Positions 49,338-59,369 of a stretch of 64,000 nucleotides of DNA are shown in pieces. The number at the start of each line of letters is the position of its first letter. The stretch's first letter is position 1. The stretch comes from Ruminococcus sp. Lineage in GTDB: Bacteria > Bacillota > Clostridia > Oscillospirales > Ruminococcaceae. The stretch covers positions 269 through 64,268 of the forward strand of contig JAGAQC010000005.1 in the NCBI GenBank assembly GCA_017622925.1, read 5' to 3'. A program made the translations under genes and the position numbers. Under the pieces are notes generated by a model. That model had not been told where the DNA came from. It saw only the letters and a list, made by a program, of their open reading frames with translations, and did not search any database.

Positions 49338-51884
49338 TTATCCGTTATTCGGAAAATTCGGGATAGCGCCCAATACAAATTCCGACAAAAGCACAATATC
49401 GTTTATGCCGAAATCGCCGTCGCAGTCAACATCAGCCGCTTCGGGAAAAGTATCTGAATCTTGATCACAATATACCTGTCTTGCCAAAACCATATCGTAC
49501 ACATCAACGACCTCATCGTCATTCAAGTCGCCTAAAATAACGCCCATTGGTGCGTCTGCCCCGAGAATACCCGTTCCGCCGACTGCGCCGATAACTTCAT
49601 CTACGTAAAAGGAATTGACGGAATCAGCCGTTTCGATATAAAGCTGCATATCCGATGCGTCATCGGGTATCTTATAATTCATGTTTGCAAGCTGCACCCA
49701 TTCTCCCTTTTTAGCTCGTCCTTCCGCGATCGTTGAATAATTTACATCGCCGTTTTCATCAGTATATTGCAGCTTCATAAGGAACTTATCGCTCGTGCCG
49801 CCATCGGTAAACATAACGTTTGCACTGAAACTGTATTCGTTTCCCGGGGCAAAGGCGTTTGGATTCAAAGGACGAGTTGCGCCGTTCCATGCGCTTGTAC
49901 GTCCGTCAACGTACAGAGAACTTCCACCGACAAACGAATTATCGCCGCTTACTTCAACGGTCGCGCCGCCTCTTGGAGACCATTCTTCTTCCGAGGATTC
50001 AAAGCCGTTGCAGAAGTACCAGCCAAATGAATTAGGCTCAATAACTGTCGGGGAATTCCAACCGTAATTTTCATAGTCAAAGAAATCAATGTCCGCATAG
50101 CCGCCTGTATTTTTTGTTGCATAGCTGTAAATACCGCTTCTGTAACCCGTGAACATTTTCAAATCGTAAGACATGCTCAGCTCGCTGCCGATTTTCGTCC
50201 AGTTGTTTCCGTCATAGGAATAGAAGAAATTGGCTTTATCAATATTATATGAGGAATTAAGATTTTCGTCAACATTGTTGAAATGAAAATCCACTTTCAG
50301 ATAGACTTCATTGCCGTTAAGCGGTACTTCCTCGATAATTTTGTCATAGCTGTCCATTATATTCGCATTTGAGGAGTATCCGCCGTTTTCAGCCATGTAA
50401 ACTTTCTTTGAACCGTCGTCTGCAACACGCACGCCAACGTTGCCGTATTTGAACTGAAACGCCGAAAGTCCTGCGCAATCCCCTGCTTTCATTCCGCTCG
50501 AATCAAGCTTTATAACGCTTGAACAAGACGGTCCTTCGGTACGCTGAGTAAGGGTATTTCTGGCGTTTATTATGCTTTTTGCAGCAGTTTTGTTGTGGAG
50601 CCTCAGCCAACCGTCACGTTCTGTTACCGACCATGCAGTATTGTCGGGATTATGATTCCATTGCCATTCGAGCGCAAGGTCGTTCGAGCTGTAGCTAAAG
50701 CTGTCGTCTTTGGCAAGATGCGTACCCGTAAAGTTTTCGCCGACTTCAAGAGCAACAGGCGCTTTTCCGTTTACGCCCATCATTGGAAAGCCGTCTACCC
50801 ATGTAACGGGGACAAGCACGGGAATACGTCCGACCGAACCATGATCCTGAAACAGCATACCGTACCATTTACCGTCGGGCGTATCGACTATACCGCCCTG
50901 AGCAACTCCCGAACCGTATGTGCCAAGTCCTGAATTAAGCACGGTTTTTCCCTCGAAAGCTCCGTTAAGGTCTTTGCTTCGGTAACAAAGCTCGATACGT
51001 CCGCTTGTGCTTGGCCATGCGATAATAAAAACGTAGTAGTAATCGCCGATCTTCTGAACATGAGAACCCTCCCCTGCCAAGTTGTCAAGACCTGTTTTAA
51101 AGAGAGTTTTATCAAGCCCGCCCCATTTGAAACCGGTCATTTCGGAGTTGAGTTCTTTTATCTTTATTTCGCCTCCGCCGCCGTAAACAAGATAGTTTCT
51201 GCCGTCGTCGTCAAAAAGCATAGAAGCGTCGTGATACATGCCGTTAAGCTCGGAACGCGTCCATTTACCGTTTTCAATGTCATTGGTTTTATAGATATAA
51301 GATTTTCCTGTACCATAGCTGCCGAAAAATACATAAAACATTCCGTCATGGTATCGGAGGCTGGCAGCCCATTGTCCGTGAGCGTAGTCGTGCTTGCCGT
51401 TGGTGAGATTCTGAACGTCGCCGTCTGCAAGAGTATCATACACATAGGAGCATATTTCCCAACTTACTAAATCCTTGGATTTCATGATCGGAGCGCCGGG
51501 ACTGAAAAACATAGTCGTACTTACCATATAATACGTGTCGCCAACGCGGATAACATCGCAGTCGGGAACGTCCGACCATATAACAGGGTTTGCTGCTGCC
51601 GAAGCTGCACACGCCGTAATGCCTGTTTCAGTACCTATATTATCTGCAATCGGCATGACAGCGGCAGTCACAGCCAATGCCAAAACGCAGGAAGCCGCAT
51701 TTTTAAGAAAAGACCTAAAGGCAACCTCTAAAAACCTCTTTTGACGAAAATCAGCTATGCACGGCATATGCTGTGTCAAGCACCCTCGGAGGGCGACAGC
51801 CCGCCGTCGGGCACTTTCCTTGCCTATGCCGCACCTATCTGATTTTTGCTTTATCAAACAGGTTTTTAGAGATTGCCTGAACAT
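49338..51884 (-). CDS. Cellulosomal GH43 glycoside hydrolase with CBM22/CBM4_9-like module and dockerin; in-frame MITE in the signal peptide
   Basis: NPVIWSDVPD, WAASLRY, EGSH, AQGG, WQWNHNP; DGRTSAWNG CBM; GDLNDD...DVDCDG dockerin; RBS GGGGAG before ATG at 51884. Confidence 0.9.
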   Translation of the reverse strand: MFRQSLKTCLIKQKSDRCGIGKESARRRAVALRGCLTQHMPCIADFRQKRFLEVAFRSFLKNAASCVLALAVTAAVMPIADNIGTETGITACAASAAANPVIWSDVPDCDVIRVGDTYYMVSTTMFFSPGAPIMKSKDLVSWEICSYVYDTLADGDVQNLTNGKHDYAHGQWAASLRYHDGMFYVFFGSYGTGKSYIYKTNDIENGKWTRSELNGMYHDASMLFDDDGRNYLVYGGGGEIKIKELNSEMTGFKWGGLDKTLFKTGLDNLAGEGSHVQKIGDYYYVFIIAWPSTSGRIELCYRSKDLNGAFEGKTVLNSGLGTYGSGVAQGGIVDTPDGKWYGMLFQDHGSVGRIPVLVPVTWVDGFPMMGVNGKAPVALEVGENFTGTHLAKDDSFSYSSNDLALEWQWNHNPDNTAWSVTERDGWLRLHNKTAAKSIINARNTLTQRTEGPSCSSVIKLDSSGMKAGDCAGLSAFQFKYGNVGVRVADDGSKKVYMAENGGYSSNANIMDSYDKIIEEVPLNGNEVYLKVDFHFNNVDENLNSSYNIDKANFFYSYDGNNWTKIGSELSMSYDLKMFTGYRSGIYSYATKNTGGYADIDFFDYENYGWNSPTVIEPNSFGWYFCNGFESSEEEWSPRGGATVEVSGDNSFVGGSSLYVDGRTSAWNGATRPLNPNAFAPGNEYSFSANVMFTDGGTSDKFLMKLQYTDENGDVNYSTIAEGRAKKGEWVQLANMNYKIPDDASDMQLYIETADSVNSFYVDEVIGAVGGTGILGADAPMGVILGDLNDDEVVDVYDMVLARQVYCDQDSDTFPEAADVDCDGDFGINDIVLLSEFVLGAIPNFPNNG
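51720..51877. mobile_element. MITE-like element family C copy 2, inserted in frame in the GH43 gene
   Basis: GGCAACCTCTAAAAACC...GGTTTTTAGAGATTGCC; homologous to 40058-40215. Confidence 0.88.
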
Positions 51885-52010
51885 AAAATCACTCCCCAAA
51901 ATGTTATTTATATTAATATTGTACATATTTTATCTACATTTGTCAATGGATTATTTGCATAATTGGTGGATATTTTGAAGAATCAATATTATTCAGTCTT
52001 TCACGGCTGC

Positions 52011-52682
52011 TTATTTTTTCAGACGATACCCAATTCCCCATACAGTCTCGATATATTCGCATTCGGGATCGCATTGCTTGAATTTTTTTCTTATCTTACT
52101 GATATGGACGTTCAGCGTGTTATCATCGGCTGAATTTTCATCGTTCCACACCTTATCGTAGATCATGCTTTTGGTGCAGGTACGATTTGGGTTCTCCATA
52201 AGCAAGCTGAGCAGAGTAAACTCATGCCTTGATAATTCAACGGGAATACCGCGGCATTTTACGGAAAAATTTCTTTTGTCCAGTTCTATACCTTTATACG
52301 TAAGCACATCGTTTTCTGTGGGAACGCCTGTTCTGAGCCTTGCAGCTATCCTTGCCAAAAGCTCGTCATTATGAAATGGTTTGGTAACGTAATCATCAGC
52401 TCCGAGAGCGAAAAGATCGACCTTTTTACTTACATCATGTACTGCGCTCATAACTATTATAGGCACGTTATGCTTTTGTTTGAGGTCTTTTATTATATCA
52501 TCGCCGCTGCGACCGGGCAGCATAAGATCGAGCAGAATAAGACTTACGGAACTGTTGTGTACAAGGATACCCTCAGTTCCCGAATATGCGCTGATAGTGC
52601 CGTAGCCGTTATTTCTCAGAAGAATTTGCAGCATATGATTTATCTCAGTATCGTCCTCAACTATAAGTATTGTTTTGCTCAT
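52011..52682 (-). CDS. OmpR-family response regulator (no adjacent kinase)
   Basis: IVEDD, LLDLMLP, GADDYVTKPF, IETVWGIGY. Confidence 0.95.
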   Translation of the reverse strand: MSKTILIVEDDTEINHMLQILLRNNGYGTISAYSGTEGILVHNSSVSLILLDLMLPGRSGDDIIKDLKQKHNVPIIVMSAVHDVSKKVDLFALGADDYVTKPFHNDELLARIAARLRTGVPTENDVLTYKGIELDKRNFSVKCRGIPVELSRHEFTLLSLLMENPNRTCTKSMIYDKVWNDENSADDNTLNVHISKIRKKFKQCDPECEYIETVWGIGYRLKK

Positions 52683-52812
52683 AGATCCTCCTTATTTTTA
52701 GAAATTGCTTTAATAATTATACCACAGTAAAAAATAAAATGCAAGTTTTGCAGAAAGGTTGTTTTCAACGCTTCCGCAAGACTTGCATAAACATACTTTT
52801 TGAAATTTCGGC

Positions 52813-54393
52813 TTATTTTCCGCTTTCGCCGTAGTTTGAAAGCACACGGGCTGACGGGTCGTTTACATTGCAGCCCTCCCACTCTTTATTCGGCATCCAG
52901 AAATCTACGACCATTTCGGAATTGCCCGAATAATACTTCTCGAATATCTCACGGTACAGGAGCGACTCCTTGGTAAAGGGTCTTGCATGGCTGTATTTCG
53001 CCGACTTTTCCTCAAATTCAGCCTGTGTGTACTGTTCCTCCGCATACATTTTCAGATAGTCTACCATAGAGTGTCCTACTGCGTCTGAAAACGCCGCTTT
53101 TTCACGGTAAAGTATATCGTGGGGAAGATAGTCGCCCTCGAAAGCGTGACGGAGAAGATACTTGCCCTTGTTATATTTGTTAAGCTTTATTTCGGGATCG
53201 ACTGCCATAACATACTTGACAAAATCAAGATCGCCGAAAGGTACTCTCGCTTCAAGGGAATTTACGGAAATACAGCGATCTGCACGAAGAACGTCATACA
53301 TATGAAGCTCGTGAACACGCTTGACCGATTCTTTCTGAAATTCCTCCGCATTCGGAGCAAAATCAGTATATTTATATCCAAACAGCTCGTCTGAGATCTC
53401 GCCTGTCATGAGAACGCGTATGTCTGTCTGCTCATGTATCGCTTTACACAGCAGATACATTCCCATGCTTGCACGAATAGTAGTTATATCATATGTTCCG
53501 AGCAGACGAATAACCGTTTCAAGGGATTCAAGCACATCGTCCTTAGTGATAATGACCTCCGTATGTTCGCTGCCTATGTAGTCGGCAACCTGCTTAGCGT
53601 ATTTAAGGTCTATGGCGTCGGTATTCATGCCGATTGCAAAGGTTCTTATAGGCTTATCGCTTTTCTGCTGAGCAACGGCACAGACAAGCGAAGAATCAAG
53701 TCCGCCTGAAAGCAAGAAGCCGATCTTAGCGTCTGCCGCAAGACGTTTTTCAATGCCTGTAACAAGCTTATCGTGAATATTCCTGCAAACAGTTTCAATA
53801 TCATCATATATTATACTGTCAACGGCTGTAATATCACGGTAACAGACGAACTTTCCGTCCTTGTAATAATGTCCGGGCGGAAACGGAGCGATCTTATCGC
53901 AAAGCTTGACAAGATTTTTCGCTTCGCTTGCAAAAACCATAGTTCCGTCAGCGGACTTTCCGTAATACAGCGGACGTATGCCGATCGGGTCTCTTGCGGC
54001 AATAAACTCATGCGTTTCCGAATCATAGATAATGCAGGCAAATTCAGCGTCCAGCTTATCAAACATATCAACGCCGAATTCCTTATACATAGGCAAAAGA
54101 ATTTCGCAATCGCTGTCGCTTTTAAAGGTATATCCCTTTTTCTTCAGCTCTTCGCGCTGTTTCAGAAAGCCGTATATCTCGCCGTTGCAGACTACGTAAT
54201 TTCCGTTAAGCTCAAAAGGCTGCATTCCCTCTGGTGTCAGACCCATGATAGACAGTCTTTGGAATCCGAGTACGCCGTCCTCAAGCTCTATAATTCTACA
54301 GTCGTCAGGACCTCTTGAAACAGTAGCTTCAAGTCCCTCCGCAACATACTTCTTACCGCCGCTTACGCCGCAATAGCCCATAATTGTACACAT
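52813..54393 (-). CDS. asnB: Asparagine synthase (glutamine-hydrolysing)
   Basis: N-terminal Cys2, RGPD, NGEIY, LSGGLDSS, EARVPF. Confidence 0.96.
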   Translation of the reverse strand: MCTIMGYCGVSGGKKYVAEGLEATVSRGPDDCRIIELEDGVLGFQRLSIMGLTPEGMQPFELNGNYVVCNGEIYGFLKQREELKKKGYTFKSDSDCEILLPMYKEFGVDMFDKLDAEFACIIYDSETHEFIAARDPIGIRPLYYGKSADGTMVFASEAKNLVKLCDKIAPFPPGHYYKDGKFVCYRDITAVDSIIYDDIETVCRNIHDKLVTGIEKRLAADAKIGFLLSGGLDSSLVCAVAQQKSDKPIRTFAIGMNTDAIDLKYAKQVADYIGSEHTEVIITKDDVLESLETVIRLLGTYDITTIRASMGMYLLCKAIHEQTDIRVLMTGEISDELFGYKYTDFAPNAEEFQKESVKRVHELHMYDVLRADRCISVNSLEARVPFGDLDFVKYVMAVDPEIKLNKYNKGKYLLRHAFEGDYLPHDILYREKAAFSDAVGHSMVDYLKMYAEEQYTQAEFEEKSAKYSHARPFTKESLLYREIFEKYYSGNSEMVVDFWMPNKEWEGCNVNDPSARVLSNYGESGK

Positions 54394-54450
54394 CTGAATT
54401 TCCTCCCTGTTCAGCAACAAATCGTCATATGTTCCTGAATATTGTAAAAA

Positions 54451-55869
54451 TTATTTATGTATCTTTTCGTCGAATTTATTTTTTTGACTCGCGCCCGACA
54501 CGTCAAGGGGATAAGTTCCCGTAAAGCAGCCCTTGCAAAAATTTTCCCTGTCGGCGAGTTCGCAAAGCTTTTCAACAGGCAGATAAGCAAGAGTATCTGC
54601 GCCGATCATCTTAGTGATCTCTTTCAATGAACTGCAATGACTTGCTATAAGATTTTCTTCACTGTCAATATCAGTTCCAAAATAGCAGGAATGCAAAAAA
54701 GGCGGAGAAGATATTCTCACATGCACTTCCTTTGCGCCCGCATCTCTGAGCAGACGAATTATCCTTGCGCTTGTAGTACCTCGTACTATCGAATCGTCTA
54801 TCATTACCACACGCTTGCCCTCAACGCTTTCACGAACAGCATTGAGCTTTATTTTGACCGCATTTTCACGCTGGTTCTGCTGAGGCTGAATAAAACTTCT
54901 GCCAATATATTTGTTTTTTATAAAGCCAATCCCGTATGGAATACCGCTTTTGTTCGCATAACCGAGAGCAGCGTCAAGACCCGAGTCGGGAACTCCTATA
55001 ACAATATCCGCATCGGCAGGACTGCATTCTGCAAGTATCTCCCCTGCCCGTACTCTTGCCCGATGAACCGATTTTCCCTCGATCACGGAATCGGGACGGG
55101 CAAAGTAGATATATTCAAAAATACAAATACTGCCCTTTTCACGCACATGAGTGCGTATCGACTTCATTTTTCCTTCGCTGAATACCACGATCTCTCCCGG
55201 CTCTACGTCCCGAAGAAATTCAGCTCCCACGGTTTCCAAAGCGCACGACTCCGAAGCGGCAACAAAAGCTCCGTCGGGCGTTTTGCCTATGCACAGCGGT
55301 CTGAATCCGTCGGGGTCACGAAAGGCGATCATTTTTGTGGCTGTCATGATGATGCAGGAATATGCGCCCTTTATTCGGGGCATAGCGCGTTCCACCGCCG
55401 CTTCCGTAGAATGACTTGTTAGACGTTCACGAACGATCGCATATGCGATAGCCTCAGTATCAGAAGTTCCGTGAAAAATCGCTCCCGACATCTCAAATTC
55501 ACGCCGAAGCTCGGCGGCGTTTATGAGGTTGCCGTTGTGGACGAGCGCAAGATTTCCTTTTATATGGCGGATAACGAGAGGCTGGATATTATTGGGGTTC
55601 TTTCCGCCGAAGGTAGAATAGCGAACGTGTCCGACTGCGATATTTCCCTTGCCCAAGCGTTCCAGTTCTCCTTTGCTGAACACATCTGACACAAGACCGT
55701 CCGCCTTTTTATGGCTGAACACGCCGTCGTCGCATACCGCTATACCGCAGCTTTCCTGTCCTCGATGCTGCAAGGAGTACAGTCCGAAATAAACAGAGGA
55801 CGCCGCATCGGCTCTATTTTTCTCATATATCCCGAAAACTCCGCATTCCTCATGAATTTCATTAAACAT
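54451..55869 (-). CDS. purF: Amidophosphoribosyltransferase
   Basis: EECGVFG, LQHRGQES, GHVRYST, DDSIVRGTT. Confidence 0.95.
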   Translation of the reverse strand: MFNEIHEECGVFGIYEKNRADAASSVYFGLYSLQHRGQESCGIAVCDDGVFSHKKADGLVSDVFSKGELERLGKGNIAVGHVRYSTFGGKNPNNIQPLVIRHIKGNLALVHNGNLINAAELRREFEMSGAIFHGTSDTEAIAYAIVRERLTSHSTEAAVERAMPRIKGAYSCIIMTATKMIAFRDPDGFRPLCIGKTPDGAFVAASESCALETVGAEFLRDVEPGEIVVFSEGKMKSIRTHVREKGSICIFEYIYFARPDSVIEGKSVHRARVRAGEILAECSPADADIVIGVPDSGLDAALGYANKSGIPYGIGFIKNKYIGRSFIQPQQNQRENAVKIKLNAVRESVEGKRVVMIDDSIVRGTTSARIIRLLRDAGAKEVHVRISSPPFLHSCYFGTDIDSEENLIASHCSSLKEITKMIGADTLAYLPVEKLCELADRENFCKGCFTGTYPLDVSGASQKNKFDEKIHK

Positions 55870-55917
55870 AATAGCTCCGCCTTTTCAATTCGAGCCGCTG
55901 CCCGATTCGTTTTATAA

Positions 55918-56499
55918 CTACATATATTGTTCGGATATTTTATCAATTATCTCCGACGCCGCAACGGTCTTTTTCTTGCGGTTCTTCATAGCATATTGCT
56001 CAAGGTAGGAATGAGCTTCCTCCTCTGTCATGTTTCTGTACTGCATAAGCCTGAATTTCGCCTTGTCAATAAGCTTTATCTCCTCGATCTTCCGTTCAAG
56101 GCGTACTGTTTCTTCATACAGGGCATACGAACGTCTTAAAGCTGTATTTACCGCCTTTATGACCTGTATCAAAACCTGTCTCGAAAACGGCTTCACAACA
56201 AGTATTATATCGCCGCGATCGGCTCTGGGACTTACCTTTTCGTAATTTTCGCTTTTTATAAGAACGAGACAGCTTGCTGACGTTGCTTCCGAAGCATATT
56301 CGGCAAGCTCTATCCCTGCTTCGTCGGCAAGCGGACTGTTTATCAGCACAAGCTCAAATGCTCGCCTGCTGCTCAGTATCTCTCTTGCCTGACGACCGTT
56401 CTCAGCTATTGTAACCTGACAGTGAAAGAACTCTCTGATAAATGCCGAAAGGGATTCCGCCGCAGAGCTGCTGCTTGAAATTACAATAACATTTTCCAA
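55918..56499 (-). CDS. ANTAR-domain antiterminator with a pseudo-receiver domain (NitR/NasT/AmiR-like)
   Basis: C-terminal IDKAKFRLM...TEEEAHSYLEQYAM ANTAR; receiver lacks acidic residues. Confidence 0.9.
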   Translation of the reverse strand: MENVIVISSSSSAAESLSAFIREFFHCQVTIAENGRQAREILSSRRAFELVLINSPLADEAGIELAEYASEATSASCLVLIKSENYEKVSPRADRGDIILVVKPFSRQVLIQVIKAVNTALRRSYALYEETVRLERKIEEIKLIDKAKFRLMQYRNMTEEEAHSYLEQYAMKNRKKKTVAASEIIDKISEQYM

Positions 56500-56511
56500 A
56501 TTGAGCCTCCG

Positions 56512-57807
56512 TTATAAACTGTAGAAATATTTTTTTTCTTCATACAGCTCTTTATCGTATTCGTCAGAATATTCTTTCCATTCGTCCTTTGCACTGCTTA
56601 CGACAAACTTCAAAACTTCTTCGGGAATATATCTTTTCAGAAATTCCGAATTTTCTGCGATTTCCGCCGCTTCTGAAAGATCGGCAGGCAGTTTTTCATA
56701 GCTTGTGCGAGAAGTATCGAATTTTTCGGGCATTTCCATTTTTCCCTCGATACCCTCTACAGCCGCATAAATGATAAGACCGAACACGAAATACGGATTG
56801 CATACGCAGTCGGGCGCTCTAAGCACAATAGGAGCTTCTCCGCCCGTTTCGATATTCAATTTTACAAGCTGCTCCTGCTCCTCTGTAGACCATGCGATAT
56901 ATCTCGGCAAAGAAAATTCTCCGAAGCGGCTGTAGGAATTTACCGTGGAATTGGTAAATACCGTATACTGTCGGATAAAGTTCATAATGCCTGCCGCCGC
57001 CATATTGACTTCAACCGAATTATCATCGGGCGTATCGTTGTCGAAAAAATCGCTGTCACGGAATACATTAACTCCGATGTGCATACCGTTTCCGCAGTCG
57101 TTTTTAACAGGCTTCGGCATAAAGCTCGCATGTATGCCGTGCTGCTCCGCAACCGATTTTACAGCCGATTTAAAGCTGAGAAAGGTGTCCGCCGCTTTAA
57201 GCGCAGACGATGCATTGAAGTCTATCTCATGCTGACCGCGGCCTGCTTCATGGCGTGAGGAAACAGGGTGTATCCCCATCTGCTCCAGAGTAAAGCATAC
57301 GTCACGGCGAAAATTCTCCCCCTTGTCGTCAGGAGCAATATCACAGTACCCTGCATAATCGTGAGGAATCTTTGTAGGCATTCCGCTTTCGTCGTTTTTG
57401 AAAAGCATAAATTCGCTTGAAGTTCCGAAACGGAAACACCAGCCCTTGCCGAGAGCCTTTTTCGCAGCCTGCTTTAAAAAGTATCTTCCGTCCCCCTCAA
57501 AAGGAGTGCCGTCGCCGTATTTTATATAGCAAAACATGCGGATAACTCTGCCGTGCTGAGGTCTCCACGGGAGGACTTTCATAGTCTGAGCATCGGGATA
57601 AATGTAAAGATCACGTCCCTTTGCAATGGAAAATCCGCAGATCTTCTTTGCCGTTATACGCACTCCACGCTCGAAAGCCGCCGTCATTTCCGAAGAAAGC
57701 ACGGATATATTTTTAAGCGCGCCTTTAATGTCGCAGAATGTAAGCTTGACAAATTTCACATCGTTTTCGTCTATATATGATAAAACCTCATTTTCTGTAT
57801 AAATCAT
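56512..57807 (-). CDS. Glutamine synthetase type I homologue with degenerate active site
   Basis: GS motifs GQHEIDF, FMPKP, GNGMH, NSY retained; several catalytic residues replaced (see findings). Confidence 0.85.
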   Translation of the reverse strand: MIYTENEVLSYIDENDVKFVKLTFCDIKGALKNISVLSSEMTAAFERGVRITAKKICGFSIAKGRDLYIYPDAQTMKVLPWRPQHGRVIRMFCYIKYGDGTPFEGDGRYFLKQAAKKALGKGWCFRFGTSSEFMLFKNDESGMPTKIPHDYAGYCDIAPDDKGENFRRDVCFTLEQMGIHPVSSRHEAGRGQHEIDFNASSALKAADTFLSFKSAVKSVAEQHGIHASFMPKPVKNDCGNGMHIGVNVFRDSDFFDNDTPDDNSVEVNMAAAGIMNFIRQYTVFTNSTVNSYSRFGEFSLPRYIAWSTEEQEQLVKLNIETGGEAPIVLRAPDCVCNPYFVFGLIIYAAVEGIEGKMEMPEKFDTSRTSYEKLPADLSEAAEIAENSEFLKRYIPEEVLKFVVSSAKDEWKEYSDEYDKELYEEKKYFYSL

Positions 57808-57881
57808 AAACTCTCCCCTTTTTACGATAGCTGTCCGCATTTAAGCGAAAAACACTTAAAATGCGGATAGTTCATCATAAA

Positions 57882-59366
57882 TTATAAATTTGTATATCCC
57901 ATAAGATATTCATCGGCTTCTTTAGCGGCGTCCCTGCCCTCGCGTATCGCGCGTACTACCAAAGACTGACCTATGTGCATATCGCCTGCCGTGAAAACCT
58001 TTTCCACGTTTGTACGGAAACTTCCCGTTTCGGTGTTCACATTGCTCCGACCGTTAAGCTCAACGCCGAAAGCCTCCGCTATATATCCCTGAGCCCCCAG
58101 AAAACCTGCTGCAATAAGACAAAGCTCGCAGGGGAGAATTTCTTCGCTGCCCTCTATTTCTTTCGGTATCATTCTGCCGCTCTCAGCGTCCTTTACAAAA
58201 TCAAGACGAACCGTTTTCACAGCGGCAAGCCTGTTGTCCTCGCCTTTTATAAATTCCTTGACCGTTGTACAGTATCTTCTCGGGTCGCTGCCAAATAACG
58301 CCGCAGCTTCCTCCTGACCGTAGTCTGTCTTGCATACCCTCGGATATTCGGGCCACGGATTGCTTTCCGCTCTCTCGTTGGGCAGCTTCGGCATCATTTC
58401 AAGCTGTACCACGGAAGCGCAGCCGTGTCTGACAGATGTTCCCACACAATCGTTTCCCGTGTCTCCGCCTCCGATTATAACTACGTTTTTTCCCTTTGCT
58501 GAAATATACTTATCGTCTGCCATAGCAGAATTAAGAAGGCTCTTTGTAGTGGATTTCAGAAAGTCCACCGCAAAGTAAATTCCGTCGGCATCTCGTCCCT
58601 CCGCTTTTATGTCACGGGGATTCGACGAACCACAAGCAAGTATCACCGCGTCTGATTTGCTGAGAAGCTCGTTAGCCGAAACGTTATGTCCCACGTCCGC
58701 ATTGGTTACAAATTTTACGCCCTCAGCTTTCATTATTTCAACACGTCTGTTGATAACGGATTTTTCAAGCTTCATATTCGGAATGCCATACATAAGCAGA
58801 CCGCCGGGTCTGTCCTCACGTTCATAAACTGTAACGAAGTGACCTCTCTTGTTCAGCGTATCGGCAGCCGCAAGTCCGGCAGGTCCCGAACCTATAACGG
58901 AAATTTTTTTACCGCTGCGTACTTTCGGAACTTCCGGCTTGATAAGTCCGCTTTCAAAACCGTATTCTATAATGGCGTTCTCGTTTTCCTTTACTGTAAC
59001 GGGGTCGCCGCCGAGACCGCAGGTACATGCCTTTTCGCAGAGAGCAGGGCATACTCTTGATGTGAACTCAGGAAAGTTATTCGTCATAAGAAGTCTTTGC
59101 AACGCCTGCTCCTTGTGGTCGCGGTAAAGTAGATCGTTCCATTCGGGTATGAGGTTATTCAAGGGACATCCCGAGATCATTCCCCTCATCATTTTGCCGT
59201 TCTGACAAAACGGTACGCCGCAGTCCATGCACCGTGCCGCCTGCAATTTACGCTGTTCATCGGTCAGCGGCTGATGAAATTCATTGTAATTTTTAATGCG
59301 CTCCAAAGGCTGAGCTGCCTCGTTGCCGCATCTTTCATAATTCATAAATCCTGTAGGCTTTCCCAT
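57882..59366 (-). CDS. gltD: Glutamate synthase small subunit
   Basis: MGKPTGF, RCMDCGVPFC, GSGPAG, GGGDTGNDC, QSLVVRAI. Confidence 0.97.
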   Translation of the reverse strand: MGKPTGFMNYERCGNEAAQPLERIKNYNEFHQPLTDEQRKLQAARCMDCGVPFCQNGKMMRGMISGCPLNNLIPEWNDLLYRDHKEQALQRLLMTNNFPEFTSRVCPALCEKACTCGLGGDPVTVKENENAIIEYGFESGLIKPEVPKVRSGKKISVIGSGPAGLAAADTLNKRGHFVTVYEREDRPGGLLMYGIPNMKLEKSVINRRVEIMKAEGVKFVTNADVGHNVSANELLSKSDAVILACGSSNPRDIKAEGRDADGIYFAVDFLKSTTKSLLNSAMADDKYISAKGKNVVIIGGGDTGNDCVGTSVRHGCASVVQLEMMPKLPNERAESNPWPEYPRVCKTDYGQEEAAALFGSDPRRYCTTVKEFIKGEDNRLAAVKTVRLDFVKDAESGRMIPKEIEGSEEILPCELCLIAAGFLGAQGYIAEAFGVELNGRSNVNTETGSFRTNVEKVFTAGDMHIGQSLVVRAIREGRDAAKEADEYLMGYTNL

Positions 59367-59369
59367 AGC

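Noticed and set aside
57831-57870. Hairpin between gltD and the glnA-like gene as an ANTAR site or terminator
   Set aside because: No A1/G4 hexaloop and no U-tract on the coding strand; at most an mRNA-stabilising stem.
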